Positions 50,585 to 60,180 of a DNA stretch of 64,000 nt are shown piece after piece. This DNA comes from Cyanobacteria bacterium J06626_4. Lineage in GTDB: Bacteria > Cyanobacteriota > Cyanobacteriia > Phormidesmidales > Phormidesmidaceae. Within the stretch, counting starts at the first letter, position 1. Every line of letters starts with the position of its first letter. Made by a program: the position numbers and the translations under genes. Under the pieces are notes generated by a model. That model made no database searches. It was not told where the DNA came from and saw only the letters and a program-made list of their open reading frames with translations. The stretch is taken from assembly GCA_038523235.1 (NCBI GenBank), contig JBCBJQ010000002.1, positions 64,001 through 128,000 on the forward strand, in the 5' to 3' direction.

Positions 50585-50690
50585 TGTCGTTCCCTTAGCC
50601 TGTAGATAGGGTGTACTACTCTCTGGACTAAGCTATATTTCCCAGTTCTACTCTCCAGATTGGGGTCATGTCGATGACGGGAAAAATAGA

Positions 50691-50879
50691 TTGATAGTGG
50701 TCGCAGTCAATTTTCGGGCGCAGATATTACAAGATGAGGCATTCCGAAGCAAGTTAGAGTCAGCAACGGCTTTGAAACGGATTGGTCAAATTGACGATAT
50801 GGTTGACGTGGTTGAGTTTCTGACCTGTCCGGCATCTCGTTGGATTACGGGGCAAGTCATTGAAGTTTCGGGGGGCTGA
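50691..50879 (+). pseudogene. C-terminal remnant of SDR oxidoreductase
   Basis: LKRIGQIDD..DVVEFL....SRWITGQVIEVSGG only; no Rossmann or YxxxK motif. Confidence 0.75.
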
Positions 50880-50920
50880 AAGATCTAGCTAGCTTACGGG
50901 AGAAACATCCACAGTCTCTA

Positions 50921-51940
50921 CTAATCGTCTGTCAGTTCATGCAGGATGTTCTGCAACTCAGCAGCGGGATATGGGGCGGTGAGGTCTGCCAGTAGCTGGC
51001 GGTAAAAATCTCCAATCTTCATTACCAACGGGAGTCTGCTTTTGAGGTAAGCGCGGACGTCAGTCGGCACCGCACTGGCGGCGCTGTGGTGATCGTCAGT
51101 CAGGTCTTGCAGGGCCAGTCGCCAATTTTGCCGGTCATCATAACGACTCACGATCGCGTGAGCGAGGCTGGTGAGCGCGGTGCAAATATCAAAATTTTGA
51201 TGCTGCTGGAAGAATTGCTGGTCGGCGGCATCAAGTTGAAACTGGTGGGAAAGGGCAAGGCCATAGTCGGTTAGAAACAGCTGTTGGCCATCGGTGAGGA
51301 TGTTGTCAAAGTGGGCATCCAGATGCAGCAGTCCCTGCGAATTGATGAATGACAGCAGGTCAATCAAAGTGGATTCCACGTCCAAAATTGTCGCCATTCG
51401 ATCGGCACTATGCGACCACCGCTCGCGGAACCATTGGCTGAGCGTCAACGGATACGGTTCCAAAAACAGCACCACAGAATGAGTGGCTGCAGCGATCGCG
51501 GCCACCCGCTGATGAATGGCTTCACAGTCACCCCAACGCTGCAGGTCGATCCGGTCGTCGTAGTGGGTGGGGGCGATCTGCAACACGCGCCAGTGATGTA
51601 GCAACGGAAAGTGAGAACAGTGATCTGACAGGACCCATTGATTGACTAACCGGTGAGTCTCCAACTCTCGCCAGGCCCCGAAGCCACAGCTACCCAGCCG
51701 ATATTGATAATAGGGGGGCAACTGAAAGCAGTTTGCGGTGGCTTGGTAGTTCTGACGCTGCATTTCCAAACTGGTCAAGGGCACCAGTTTGACGAAAACA
51801 GAGGGACCACAACTTGGCAAGGACACTATTCCATGCCCAACTTCGGGTATCTGGGCGGCGTTGAGTAAATGCAGGAGAGCTGCGTCGCTCCAGCGCTGAA
51901 GTTCGTCAGCAATGCTGGCATGATTTTTGAGGCGGGTCAT
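50921..51940 (-). CDS. Protein kinase-like fold protein
   Basis: VFVK, WRELE, HLDAHFDNIL, TDYGLA. Confidence 0.75.
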   Translation of the reverse strand: MTRLKNHASIADELQRWSDAALLHLLNAAQIPEVGHGIVSLPSCGPSVFVKLVPLTSLEMQRQNYQATANCFQLPPYYQYRLGSCGFGAWRELETHRLVNQWVLSDHCSHFPLLHHWRVLQIAPTHYDDRIDLQRWGDCEAIHQRVAAIAAATHSVVLFLEPYPLTLSQWFRERWSHSADRMATILDVESTLIDLLSFINSQGLLHLDAHFDNILTDGQQLFLTDYGLALSHQFQLDAADQQFFQQHQNFDICTALTSLAHAIVSRYDDRQNWRLALQDLTDDHHSAASAVPTDVRAYLKSRLPLVMKIGDFYRQLLADLTAPYPAAELQNILHELTDD

Positions 51941-52132
51941 GCAACGACATCCTCAATTGCGGACAATCACTATTCACTGATGAAGCAGGGGCCAGGGCAA
52001 ATGCAAACTCGCTGATCGGCTCGTGCTCAAATCCACTCCAACATTAAGGGGGTTGTCGCTTTTTGGGGAGATTGCCATTCGAAAAAGCTGATAGGTGACC
52101 GCGTGAACAGCACGATAATTCCGAGATGACTG

Positions 52133-52163
52133 TGCTGGGTTTCCTGGCATCAATTCAACCTAC
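52133..52163 (-). repeat. Degenerate GTAG-type REP element
   Basis: rc GTAGGTTGAATTGATGCCAGGAAACCCAGCA. Confidence 0.5.
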
Positions 52164-52196
52164 GGCGAAGTGCGATCACACTAGCATTATGAAGGA

Positions 52197-52415
52197 TCAA
52201 TCTCCAGTCAAACGTGCTTTCGCTTCGTTCAGTGCGATGAGAAAATCATCTAAATTGATTCTCCAAGGCTTGCCTTCAGGATTTGTATAAATCTCGATTT
52301 CCATGGAGCCAGATTCCATATTTACCTCCGCGATCTGAACTCTTCGGAGCATGATATCGGCAACCAAGAAATCTCGATCAGGAGGACTAGATAGTGACAC
52401 ATTTAATGATTCCAT
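52197..52415 (-). CDS. Small protein, putative polymorphic-toxin immunity protein
   Basis: SSPPDRDFLVADI...AEV..E...IEIY...LDDFL.AL.EAK.RL; AT-rich; follows toxin-tip remnant. Confidence 0.55.
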   Translation of the reverse strand: MESLNVSLSSPPDRDFLVADIMLRRVQIAEVNMESGSMEIEIYTNPEGKPWRINLDDFLIALNEAKARLTGD

Positions 52416-52432
52416 CGTTTTGCTATATATGC

Positions 52433-52554
52433 TTATTTTTTGAAAACAATAAATTTTTCGTCTTGGTCAAAAACTTTCCCGCGACCATTAGAAGTATCTA
52501 CCTCCATAGTTTCGCCAAATCTAGGACGATATAACTTTTCTACAGTACGATCGC
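52433..52554 (-). pseudogene. Remnant of polymorphic toxin C-terminal tip
   Basis: RPRFGETMEVDTSNGRGKVFDQDEKFIVF resembles PRFG...DGRG..FD..G.FIGF toxin ends. Confidence 0.4.
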
Positions 52555-52812
52555 CCCGCGTCTGTTTACAGCATGAATAGCGCTTGAGGGCAGGACGCCT
52601 TACCTTCAGCGTGACAGGGCAAGGGTATGAGGACACGCTCTAGCAGGTGTGCGGCCAAATCAATGATGCTGCGCCCCCGGTAACTCGGTGGTCGTTTTAG
52701 CGCGTGAAGACAACACCCTGATGTCATGCCGTTGCCAACTTCGCAGTCCACTCAGCCCTAAAAGGATTAGACTTACGGTAAATTTGTACGCCTCTCAAGG
52801 AGCGTGCGCTTC

Positions 52813-53652
52813 ATGGAAGTTTTTGTCATTCTGGCCCTGGTTGTGATTGGTTACACGGTGGGGTCAGTGCGAATTGTGAATCAGGGCAATCAGGCTCTGG
52901 TCGAGCGGTTGGGGCGATATAACCGCAAGCTCCGGCCCGGCATGAACTTCATCGTGCCATTTTTAGACACCATTGTGTGGGAAGAGAGTATTCGCGAGCG
53001 CTTGTTAGACGTGCCGCCCCAATCGGCCATTACCCGCGACAACGTCTCCCTGGATGTCGATGCCGTCGTTTATTGGAAGATTCTTGACCTTGAACGCACC
53101 TACTACGAAATCGAAGATATTAAAGGAGCAATTCGCGAGTTAGTGGTCACCACCCTACGCTCCGAAATCGGCAAAATGCCCTTTGAGAGCACCTTTGCGT
53201 CGCGCGATGAACTCAACAAGGCACTGCTTGACCAGCTCGACGAAGCCACGGAACCCTGGGGCGTCAAAGTCACTCGGGTCGAAGTGCAAAGCATCAATCC
53301 ACCCACAGCCGTTTTGGAATCGATGCAGCAGCAGCAGGCCGCCGAACTGAAACGCCGCGCCACCGTGTCAGAAGCCGAAGGTGACCAGCAAGCCTCCGTC
53401 AAACGCGCCCAGGGTACGGTGCAGTCGATTCAGCTTTTATCAGAAGCGCTTAAAGGTCGCTCTGATGCTCGCGAAATTCTCAACTTTCTGATTGCTCAGC
53501 AGTACGTCGAAGCAAACCAAAAGCTGAGTGAAAGTGAGAATTCCAAGGTCCTCTTTATGGATCCCAAGTTTCTCTCTGAAGGCCTGATCGACCTGATGAA
53601 TACGCCGACAGGCCCAGAAAACGGTGACAGCAAGCCGAAAAAAATGCCGTGA
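52813..53652 (+). CDS. SPFH/stomatin-like (band 7) protein
   Basis: LVERLGRY, PPQSAITRDNV..VDAVVYW, WGVKVTRVE. Confidence 0.95.
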   Translation: MEVFVILALVVIGYTVGSVRIVNQGNQALVERLGRYNRKLRPGMNFIVPFLDTIVWEESIRERLLDVPPQSAITRDNVSLDVDAVVYWKILDLERTYYEIEDIKGAIRELVVTTLRSEIGKMPFESTFASRDELNKALLDQLDEATEPWGVKVTRVEVQSINPPTAVLESMQQQQAAELKRRATVSEAEGDQQASVKRAQGTVQSIQLLSEALKGRSDAREILNFLIAQQYVEANQKLSESENSKVLFMDPKFLSEGLIDLMNTPTGPENGDSKPKKMP

Positions 53653-53817
53653 AGCTAGGCCAAAGATCATCGGGGCAACTCTTCCACAGCAGAATACCTT
53701 TCGGGAAGTGTGAAGCCCTACGGCAGGCGGATTTAAAAAACCGATCATCAGATGATGATCTCAGTTGTTGGGAGTGACTTGAGAAAACTGCGGCTTGCTA
53801 TATTACTGGCGAACTGG

Positions 53818-54369
53818 TCAAACTGCCGAGAAAATCCTAACGGCGTCAGTCCAATACTGAAACGTTTCACGGCCAATCTGATCGCGCTCCTCTCGATAGA
53901 TTTGTCGCAAACAGTCATAAAACGCCTGTGCTTCCTCGTTCAATCCGAATAGTATTAAGCACTTCAATATTCGAGTGATCCGCAGATAGTTATGATCCAA
54001 CAGACATATCCATTCACGTTTGCGGAAGGGATAGTCTGCCGCCTTATCGACCACAACTTTCCCGGTTTCGTTGAGGGAACACTGCAACCCATACAGCTGC
54101 AGCATCACTGACAGCGATCGCCGCAAGTTTTGTTGCAGGCGCGGATCGCGTTGAAAGGCTTGAATGACCGCCTCATCGACGACGGGCGCATTCGGATTAA
54201 ACGTACTTTTCTCAGCGATGGGGAATAGCCACTGAATATAATCATGGGCACATTCCAATTCCTCAAAATCCCAGGCCCAAATTTCCTGAATCTGGCGTCC
54301 CTCGGAATCTGTCTGCTCACCCAAATAAAACGGGACCAGCATGGCGGTGAGCTGCTTTCCTGGATTCAT
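53818..54369 (-). CDS. Opioid growth factor receptor conserved-domain (OGFr_N) protein
   Basis: LECAHDYIQWLFP, DHNYLRITRILKCL..FG. Confidence 0.88.
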   Translation of the reverse strand: MNPGKQLTAMLVPFYLGEQTDSEGRQIQEIWAWDFEELECAHDYIQWLFPIAEKSTFNPNAPVVDEAVIQAFQRDPRLQQNLRRSLSVMLQLYGLQCSLNETGKVVVDKAADYPFRKREWICLLDHNYLRITRILKCLILFGLNEEAQAFYDCLRQIYREERDQIGRETFQYWTDAVRIFSAV

Positions 54370-54587
54370 GAAAAATTGCCCCGATAGCCCTATCTCTTGA
54401 TTTTAATCGACTGCAATTTTGAGTCGTCATTCCAGATTTAGGGAGTCCCTAACAAGTAAGCAGGAAACAGAATCACAAGTGCAAAGACTGCTCCAGGCTT
54501 CGTGGCGACCCGCAAAACAAAACCATGGACGAGGCCACCCAGCCCTTGTCTGCCAATGCACACAACCCCCGGCAAGGTGACAGTTTG

Positions 54588-55181
54588 CTAAAGTCCGCCA
54601 ATGCGACCGGGCGGCCAAAAGCGGACGACTGCCTTACCAATAATATTGTCGGCAGGGACAAACGACTCAGTCTCCCAAGCGTGACTATCGTAGCTGCTGT
54701 TGCGATTGTCGCCCAATACCAAATAGGCCTCTGGAGGGACTGTTTCAGGTCCCCAGCTATAGTCAGGCTCAGCCTTAATATAGTCTTCTTCCAGAGCGTC
54801 GCCGTTAACAAAGACTGTTCCGTTGGCAACTTCTACGGTATCGCCGGGGAGGCCAATCACGCGCTTAATGAAGGCATCTCGCCGCTTATCTTCGTCAAAG
54901 AGGCTTTCTGGCGGCCAGAACACAATGATGTCACCGCGTCCAGGGGGATTGAGGTGGTAACTGATTTTTTCAATAACGAGGCGATCGTTGATCTCCAACG
55001 TGGGTTCCATGGAGCCAGAAGGAATGTAGCGAGCTTCTGCGACGAAGGTGCGAATGCCTAAGGCTAAAACGACACTCAACCCCAGGGTTTGTAACCCTTC
55101 AACGACGGGGTTGGTAGAGCGATCAGCAGCCTGATTGTTGGGATTTTCCGATGTTTTCGGAGGCTGAGGGAAGTCAGTCAT
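54588..55181 (-). CDS. lepB: Signal peptidase I
   Basis: IPSGSMEPTL, FIKRVIGLPGD, LGDNRNSSYDSH. Confidence 0.96.
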   Translation of the reverse strand: MTDFPQPPKTSENPNNQAADRSTNPVVEGLQTLGLSVVLALGIRTFVAEARYIPSGSMEPTLEINDRLVIEKISYHLNPPGRGDIIVFWPPESLFDEDKRRDAFIKRVIGLPGDTVEVANGTVFVNGDALEEDYIKAEPDYSWGPETVPPEAYLVLGDNRNSSYDSHAWETESFVPADNIIGKAVVRFWPPGRIGGL

Positions 55182-55630
55182 ATTGGTCACAGCGTCCGTG
55201 AACAGTTCCACGAATATAGCCTATTGATCATACTTCATCCATAGCCTTTCCCATCCGGTCAGTGACCAGCTGTAGAACCGGTTCAATCTTCACTGTGCAG
55301 TGCGAAGGGTAACCGGTCATCGTCGTCATTCTGATCAACGGGTTCCTCGACCAAAGCCCCCTCGGGCCGTCGCGACGATCGCCTGGATACCACTGCTATC
55401 TGTAGAAGCACAGCAGTTTCAGTCAATTCAGTAGGCGCTCGTTTTAGAGATGAGCCCCGTGGTTAGCGCCAGACTATCTGAGGCGTCGCGCCAGGGTGGG
55501 GGATTTCTAACTGATAGGTATGGATGAGGGTCAATGACGATTTTGCTTTAACCGCTAATTTGAGGCGTCGATGCGGGGGCGATCGCCGACCTTTGGGGAT
55601 AATGGGTCATCACCTGTGGATAGAACGGTT

Positions 55631-56509
55631 ATGCTACCTGCTTTGACGGCACCGCTGAAGACGGAACGGGTTGCGGTCACGATTGAGCAGCTACCACTGG
55701 CGCTGCATGGCACCACCGTGGCCCAGCTTTCAGATTTTCATTTTGACGGGTACAGTCTGTCGCCCTCACTGCTGGAAACGGCGATCGCCCAATGCAATCG
55801 TCTGGTCCCCGACCTGGTTGTGCTGACGGGCGATTTCATTACCCGCAATCCGTCAGATATTGAGGCGCTGACGGCCTACTTACAGCATTTGCGCAGTCGT
55901 TTGGGTGTCTATGCCGTATTGGGCAACCATGATTCCCCCAACGCCAGGGTGAGACGGCGCGTGCAGCAGGCCCTAGCTGCCGTGGAGGTTGTGCCTCTCT
56001 GGAATGACATTGCCTATCCCTGGGGCGATCGCCTACCCCTGGTGGGACTAGCGGATATTAGCTCACCCGATTGTCAACCGGAGCCGCTGCTGGCCCAACT
56101 GCCCCCCCGTACGCCGCGGCTAGTGTTGGCCCATAACCCGGACACGATGGATAAACTCCGGTCATCACGCGCTGATTTGGTGCTGTCGGGCCACACCCAC
56201 GGCGGGCAGGTCACTCTGCCTGGGGGAATTCCCGCGCCTAGCCTATTAAAGAAGCTGTCTCCTTGGGTGCCACCGATTGTCAAACAACAGATTCCGTTTT
56301 TTAATCAAGACTGCGAGCGCGTTTTTCGCCATTGGGAGTGGGCGGCGGGCCTACATGCCGTCGGCGATCAGCAACTTTACGTCAACCGGGGCCTGGCCAG
56401 CTATTGGCCGGGGCGGCTGTTTTGTCCGCCGGAGCTGACGGTGATTACGCTGTTAGCGGCCCCACCGTTGGAGGGCAAGGACTCAGCTATTTGTAACGGT
56501 AGTGATTGA
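55631..56509 (+). CDS. Calcineurin-like metallophosphoesterase (YkuE-like)
   Basis: SDFH, TGD, GNHD, HNPD, GHTHGGQ. Confidence 0.93.
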   Translation: MLPALTAPLKTERVAVTIEQLPLALHGTTVAQLSDFHFDGYSLSPSLLETAIAQCNRLVPDLVVLTGDFITRNPSDIEALTAYLQHLRSRLGVYAVLGNHDSPNARVRRRVQQALAAVEVVPLWNDIAYPWGDRLPLVGLADISSPDCQPEPLLAQLPPRTPRLVLAHNPDTMDKLRSSRADLVLSGHTHGGQVTLPGGIPAPSLLKKLSPWVPPIVKQQIPFFNQDCERVFRHWEWAAGLHAVGDQQLYVNRGLASYWPGRLFCPPELTVITLLAAPPLEGKDSAICNGSD

Positions 56510-57542
56510 TGGCTGATTGCAAGGTGGCGATCTGGTTAGTGAGGCGATCGCTGCTGAGGAGCGATCGGGCGGTTTCAATGCCCTGCTCTAGGCTAACGGC
56601 CAAGCCGCTGCGCCAGAGATAAAAGCCGCCGTTCCACAGGGCGACGGGGGTGAGGGGGGTAGTTTGACCCTTGAGTGTGGCTTGCAGGGCGTCTAAATAG
56701 GCAGCCTCTGATTCTAACGGGGCTTCGCTGGTCTCGCCCAAGCCAAAGTCGCGGGCGTGCAGTACGATCCGCTCTTCGCCGGTGGGGGTATAGACGCCGA
56801 TAATGGCCGCCCGCGCCCGGGGTAAATCAGAGCTGCCCTCCAGCCCTTTGACCGTCAGATAATGGGGGACGCCGATCGCGGTTAGGGTGCCTTTGGCCAG
56901 ACCCTCAGTGGGGGGATGAACATAGCCCACCACCACCTGACAGTCGCCCGCATAGGGACACCACATCAGCTCTAGCGTGGCCTGCGGTGGACGTTTGCCA
57001 ATTTGTTCGCGGTAGGGCACTAATCCCTGGGCGGCAGGAAAGTGATCGGCTAGATGAAGATAGCCCAAATGAGTTTGCTGCAAAATTGCCTGCACGGCCG
57101 CCAGCGAAAGCCCCGTCCAATCAAGACCGAGGGCTTGCCAAATGTCGATGAGTGGTAAGCCGTATTTGGTGGGCATGCGATCGCCCCCGTGCAGCACCAC
57201 CGGACAGCCGAGCGCCGAGAGCATCAGCGCTACTAGGGGTTGAGCTGGAGCTGTGCGCGATCGCCCATCGTAGGGCAGGCCAAACACCAAGGCCGGATAG
57301 TCAGCGGTGACGGGGCTGAGGGTCGGGCCGACCTCAGCATAGGCATCTAAAAATCCCGCCAGTTCGTCGGGATGGGGACGTTTGATGCGATGGGCAATCA
57401 TAAAGGCCCCAATCTGCGCGGGCGTCGCCTCTTGAGCCAGCATGAGTCGCGCCGCTTCGGCGGCTTCCGCCCGGGTCAGCACAGCTGATGTGTGCTGGCC
57501 GCTGCCGACTTTTTTAAGAAGCGCTCGAAATGCTTGGCTCAT
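56487..57542 (-). CDS. cnaT: Anthranilate phosphoribosyltransferase-like protein CnaT
   Basis: LLKKVGSG, QIGAFMIAHRIKRP, PYDGRSRT; directly downstream of ntcB-like gene. Confidence 0.8.
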   Translation of the reverse strand: MSQAFRALLKKVGSGQHTSAVLTRAEAAEAARLMLAQEATPAQIGAFMIAHRIKRPHPDELAGFLDAYAEVGPTLSPVTADYPALVFGLPYDGRSRTAPAQPLVALMLSALGCPVVLHGGDRMPTKYGLPLIDIWQALGLDWTGLSLAAVQAILQQTHLGYLHLADHFPAAQGLVPYREQIGKRPPQATLELMWCPYAGDCQVVVGYVHPPTEGLAKGTLTAIGVPHYLTVKGLEGSSDLPRARAAIIGVYTPTGEERIVLHARDFGLGETSEAPLESEAAYLDALQATLKGQTTPLTPVALWNGGFYLWRSGLAVSLEQGIETARSLLSSDRLTNQIATLQSAINHYRYK

Positions 57543-57548
57543 CAGCAG

Positions 57549-58490
57549 TTAGAAGGGTTCAACAGATAGCAGTTGGGCAGCAGGTTGGGGTGGCAAAAAG
57601 CAGGCCCCCCGTTCCATGACCAGTTGGCAAAAGTCGCGGATGATGGGAATGACCAGGCGATCGCGGGTCGTGACCAGCACCACCCGACGAGATAAGGTGG
57701 GGGCCTCAGTGGGACGAATCGCCAAGGTGGGATCGGGCTGCCCTTCGGTCAGGGCTGACTGGGGCAGTAGGGCGGTGAGCTGCCCTTGGCGGACAACCCC
57801 CCGAAAGGCATCGAGGGTGTTGAGTTCTAGGGCGGCGTGGAGTTCTCCCCCGCTGCGCTCAAACTGCGCTTGCACCAGGCGTTGCATGCCGTAGCCGTCT
57901 TTAAACACCACTTGAGGATACTCCGCTAACGCGGCCCAAGGCACTTGCTCAAACTGAGTGAGCGGATGATCAGCGGCCATCAACACTTCCACGGGTTCCT
58001 CATAAAGGGGCTGCACGCTCATATCAGGACTGGTCGTTAGCCGTTCGTTATCCATCACGATCGCCACGTCTACCAGGCCATCCCGCAGGACCTTGAGAGA
58101 GCGATCGCTGCCTAGGGCCGTCACCCGCAGCTGCACGTGAGGATGGCTTTGACAAAACTGCTGCAGTACCGGTGGTAGCAGATGTGAACAGGTGGACTGA
58201 ATGGCGGCGATACACAGTTCCGGCTGTTTACCGGCCATTAAATCAGCGATGTCACGAGTGGCCTGTCGCCAGTCTTGGCACATGCGTCGAGCTTTGGGCA
58301 ACAAAGCCTCTCCGGCAACCGTGAGCTTGGCTTGGGCCGAACGGTGCAGCAGCGGGGCGTCTAATTCTGTCTCTAACGCTTGAATTTGGCGACTAACGGT
58401 CGATTGCGTCACCCCACATTTTTTCGCAGCTTGTTGAAAGCTCCCAGTCTCTGAAACCAATAAAAATGCTTCAAGCTGTTCTATACGCAT
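57549..58490 (-). CDS. ntcB: LysR family nitrate-assimilation regulator NtcB
   Basis: MRIEQLEAFL..ETGSFQQAA..CGVTQSTVSRQI, ALGSDRSLKVLRDG; synteny with cnaT. Confidence 0.85.
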   Translation of the reverse strand: MRIEQLEAFLLVSETGSFQQAAKKCGVTQSTVSRQIQALETELDAPLLHRSAQAKLTVAGEALLPKARRMCQDWRQATRDIADLMAGKQPELCIAAIQSTCSHLLPPVLQQFCQSHPHVQLRVTALGSDRSLKVLRDGLVDVAIVMDNERLTTSPDMSVQPLYEEPVEVLMAADHPLTQFEQVPWAALAEYPQVVFKDGYGMQRLVQAQFERSGGELHAALELNTLDAFRGVVRQGQLTALLPQSALTEGQPDPTLAIRPTEAPTLSRRVVLVTTRDRLVIPIIRDFCQLVMERGACFLPPQPAAQLLSVEPF

Positions 58491-58606
58491 CCACTCTAGA
58501 TTCGATTAAAAGGGCGATTCAAAACACCCTAGAGGGTTAGAGATTGAGGAATTTCCTGCAGAGGTCATCTTTAAACCCTAATTAACAGATACCGGCACTC
58601 AACTTG

Positions 58607-58620
58607 GTATCATTCATTGC
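58607..58620. promoter_or_regulatory. Imperfect NtcA-type site upstream of ntcB
   Basis: GTA-TCATTCAT-TGC within TTGG...CCAA (consensus GTA-N8-TAC). Confidence 0.35.
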
Positions 58621-58877
58621 CAAACGGCTCGAAACCGGTGGCAGTAAGACCGTGGCTAAGCTGGGCTCAATGCGATGAATTCATGGCTCAGACAGCGGCG
58701 ACTTTCTCGGCTCTATTGAGGTATCGCCTAAGGAACCGTCGTCACCGAGCCGCGCTGATGGCATGGATGCAGCCTGTGGTTAGGTGCTGATGGAGTGACC
58801 TGCTGGATGGGCTGTGACATGCGGTAATCTGGCTGAAGATTCTATCCCTCTGCCCCCCATGCCTCTGAGGTAACGCT

Positions 58878-59756
58878 ATGGAAACGAGTTTGCTCACGGC
58901 GGTGTTCTTGCCTTTAGCGCTGTTTATCATCATGCTCGGCATGGGGTTGGGCCTAACGCTCAGGGACTTTCAGCGCATCTTTGTAGAACCCAAAGGCGTG
59001 GCGTTGGGCTTGGTAGCGCAGCTGATCATGCTGCCGCTCGTCGGCTTTGGACTGGCATCAGTGTTGCCCCTCACCCCTGAGTTGGCAGTCGGCGTGATGA
59101 TTTTAGCCGCTTGTCCCGGTGGCCCGACGTCGAACCTGGTGACCTATTTGGCCCGAGGCAATGTGGCGCTGTCGATTACGTTGACGGCCCTCAGCAGCTT
59201 GGTGACGGTCTTTACAATTCCGCTGGTAGTCAACTGGGCTATGGTGCAGTTCATGGGGGCGGGCACCGATTTGCAGCTGCCATTTTTGACTACAGTTCTG
59301 CAGATTGCGGTGATCACGCTCATTCCAGTTAGTTTAGGTATGACGCTGCATCACTACGCGCCCCAATTTGCCGCCACGGTAGAAAAGTGGATGAAATGGC
59401 TGGCTTTAGTTTTTCTCGGATTGATCATTGCCGCTCTCCTGATAAAAGAGCGGGCCAATGTACTGGCTTTCTTTTTGCAGGTGGGCTGGGTGACGCTGTT
59501 GCTGGTCGTTTTGACGATGGCGCTAGGCTATGGGCTGGCGCAGCTGGCCCAATTGGACGATCGCAGCGCGACGGCCATTACGGTGGAAGTGGGCATTCAA
59601 AATGGCACCCTGGCGATCGCCATTGCCAGTGCTCCCACCTTTTTGAACAATGCCACGATGGCGATTCCGGCAGCGATTTATAGCTTGTTGATGTTTGCTG
59701 TTGGGGGCGCGTTTGCCTGGTGGGCCCAGCGACGATCGCCCGTGAAAGCTCAATAG
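58878..59756 (+). CDS. Bile acid:sodium symporter (BASS) family protein
   Basis: MLGMGLGLT, CPGGPTSN, EVGIQNGTLA. Confidence 0.94.
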   Translation: METSLLTAVFLPLALFIIMLGMGLGLTLRDFQRIFVEPKGVALGLVAQLIMLPLVGFGLASVLPLTPELAVGVMILAACPGGPTSNLVTYLARGNVALSITLTALSSLVTVFTIPLVVNWAMVQFMGAGTDLQLPFLTTVLQIAVITLIPVSLGMTLHHYAPQFAATVEKWMKWLALVFLGLIIAALLIKERANVLAFFLQVGWVTLLLVVLTMALGYGLAQLAQLDDRSATAITVEVGIQNGTLAIAIASAPTFLNNATMAIPAAIYSLLMFAVGGAFAWWAQRRSPVKAQ

Positions 59757-60180
59757 TGATGACAGAGTGAATTTGAAAATCGAAAGGCGGCAGGCGTAAA
59801 AGAGAGTGCACTCCCCGCTCCTTCACGCCGCACAATTCTGATAGACCAGAATTAGAGTTGCGATGAAGGCAGAAGATGCCGTAGTTTTTAGTATTTCCGA
59901 CCTGCTGTAATTTTCCCCGTACCCCCCAGAGACTGCTAAATGAAGTGATGTTGAGAGGACGAGTGATGCGAGAGTGGGGTAGTGTATCGCTGAATATAGA
60001 GTAGTGAGAGATGAGAGTGCTTAAGCGAGTTGGCTGGCGGCTTGTGTTTAGGCACAGTTAGCAAACTTGCTGTTGCTGCAGCCATTGCAACAGCAAGATG
60101 TCGTGATGAGGGAGAGCTGCCACATCTTGGCCCTAATGTCTGAGGAACATCTCCCTGCTGAGTTCTTAAGTGCTTGATCA

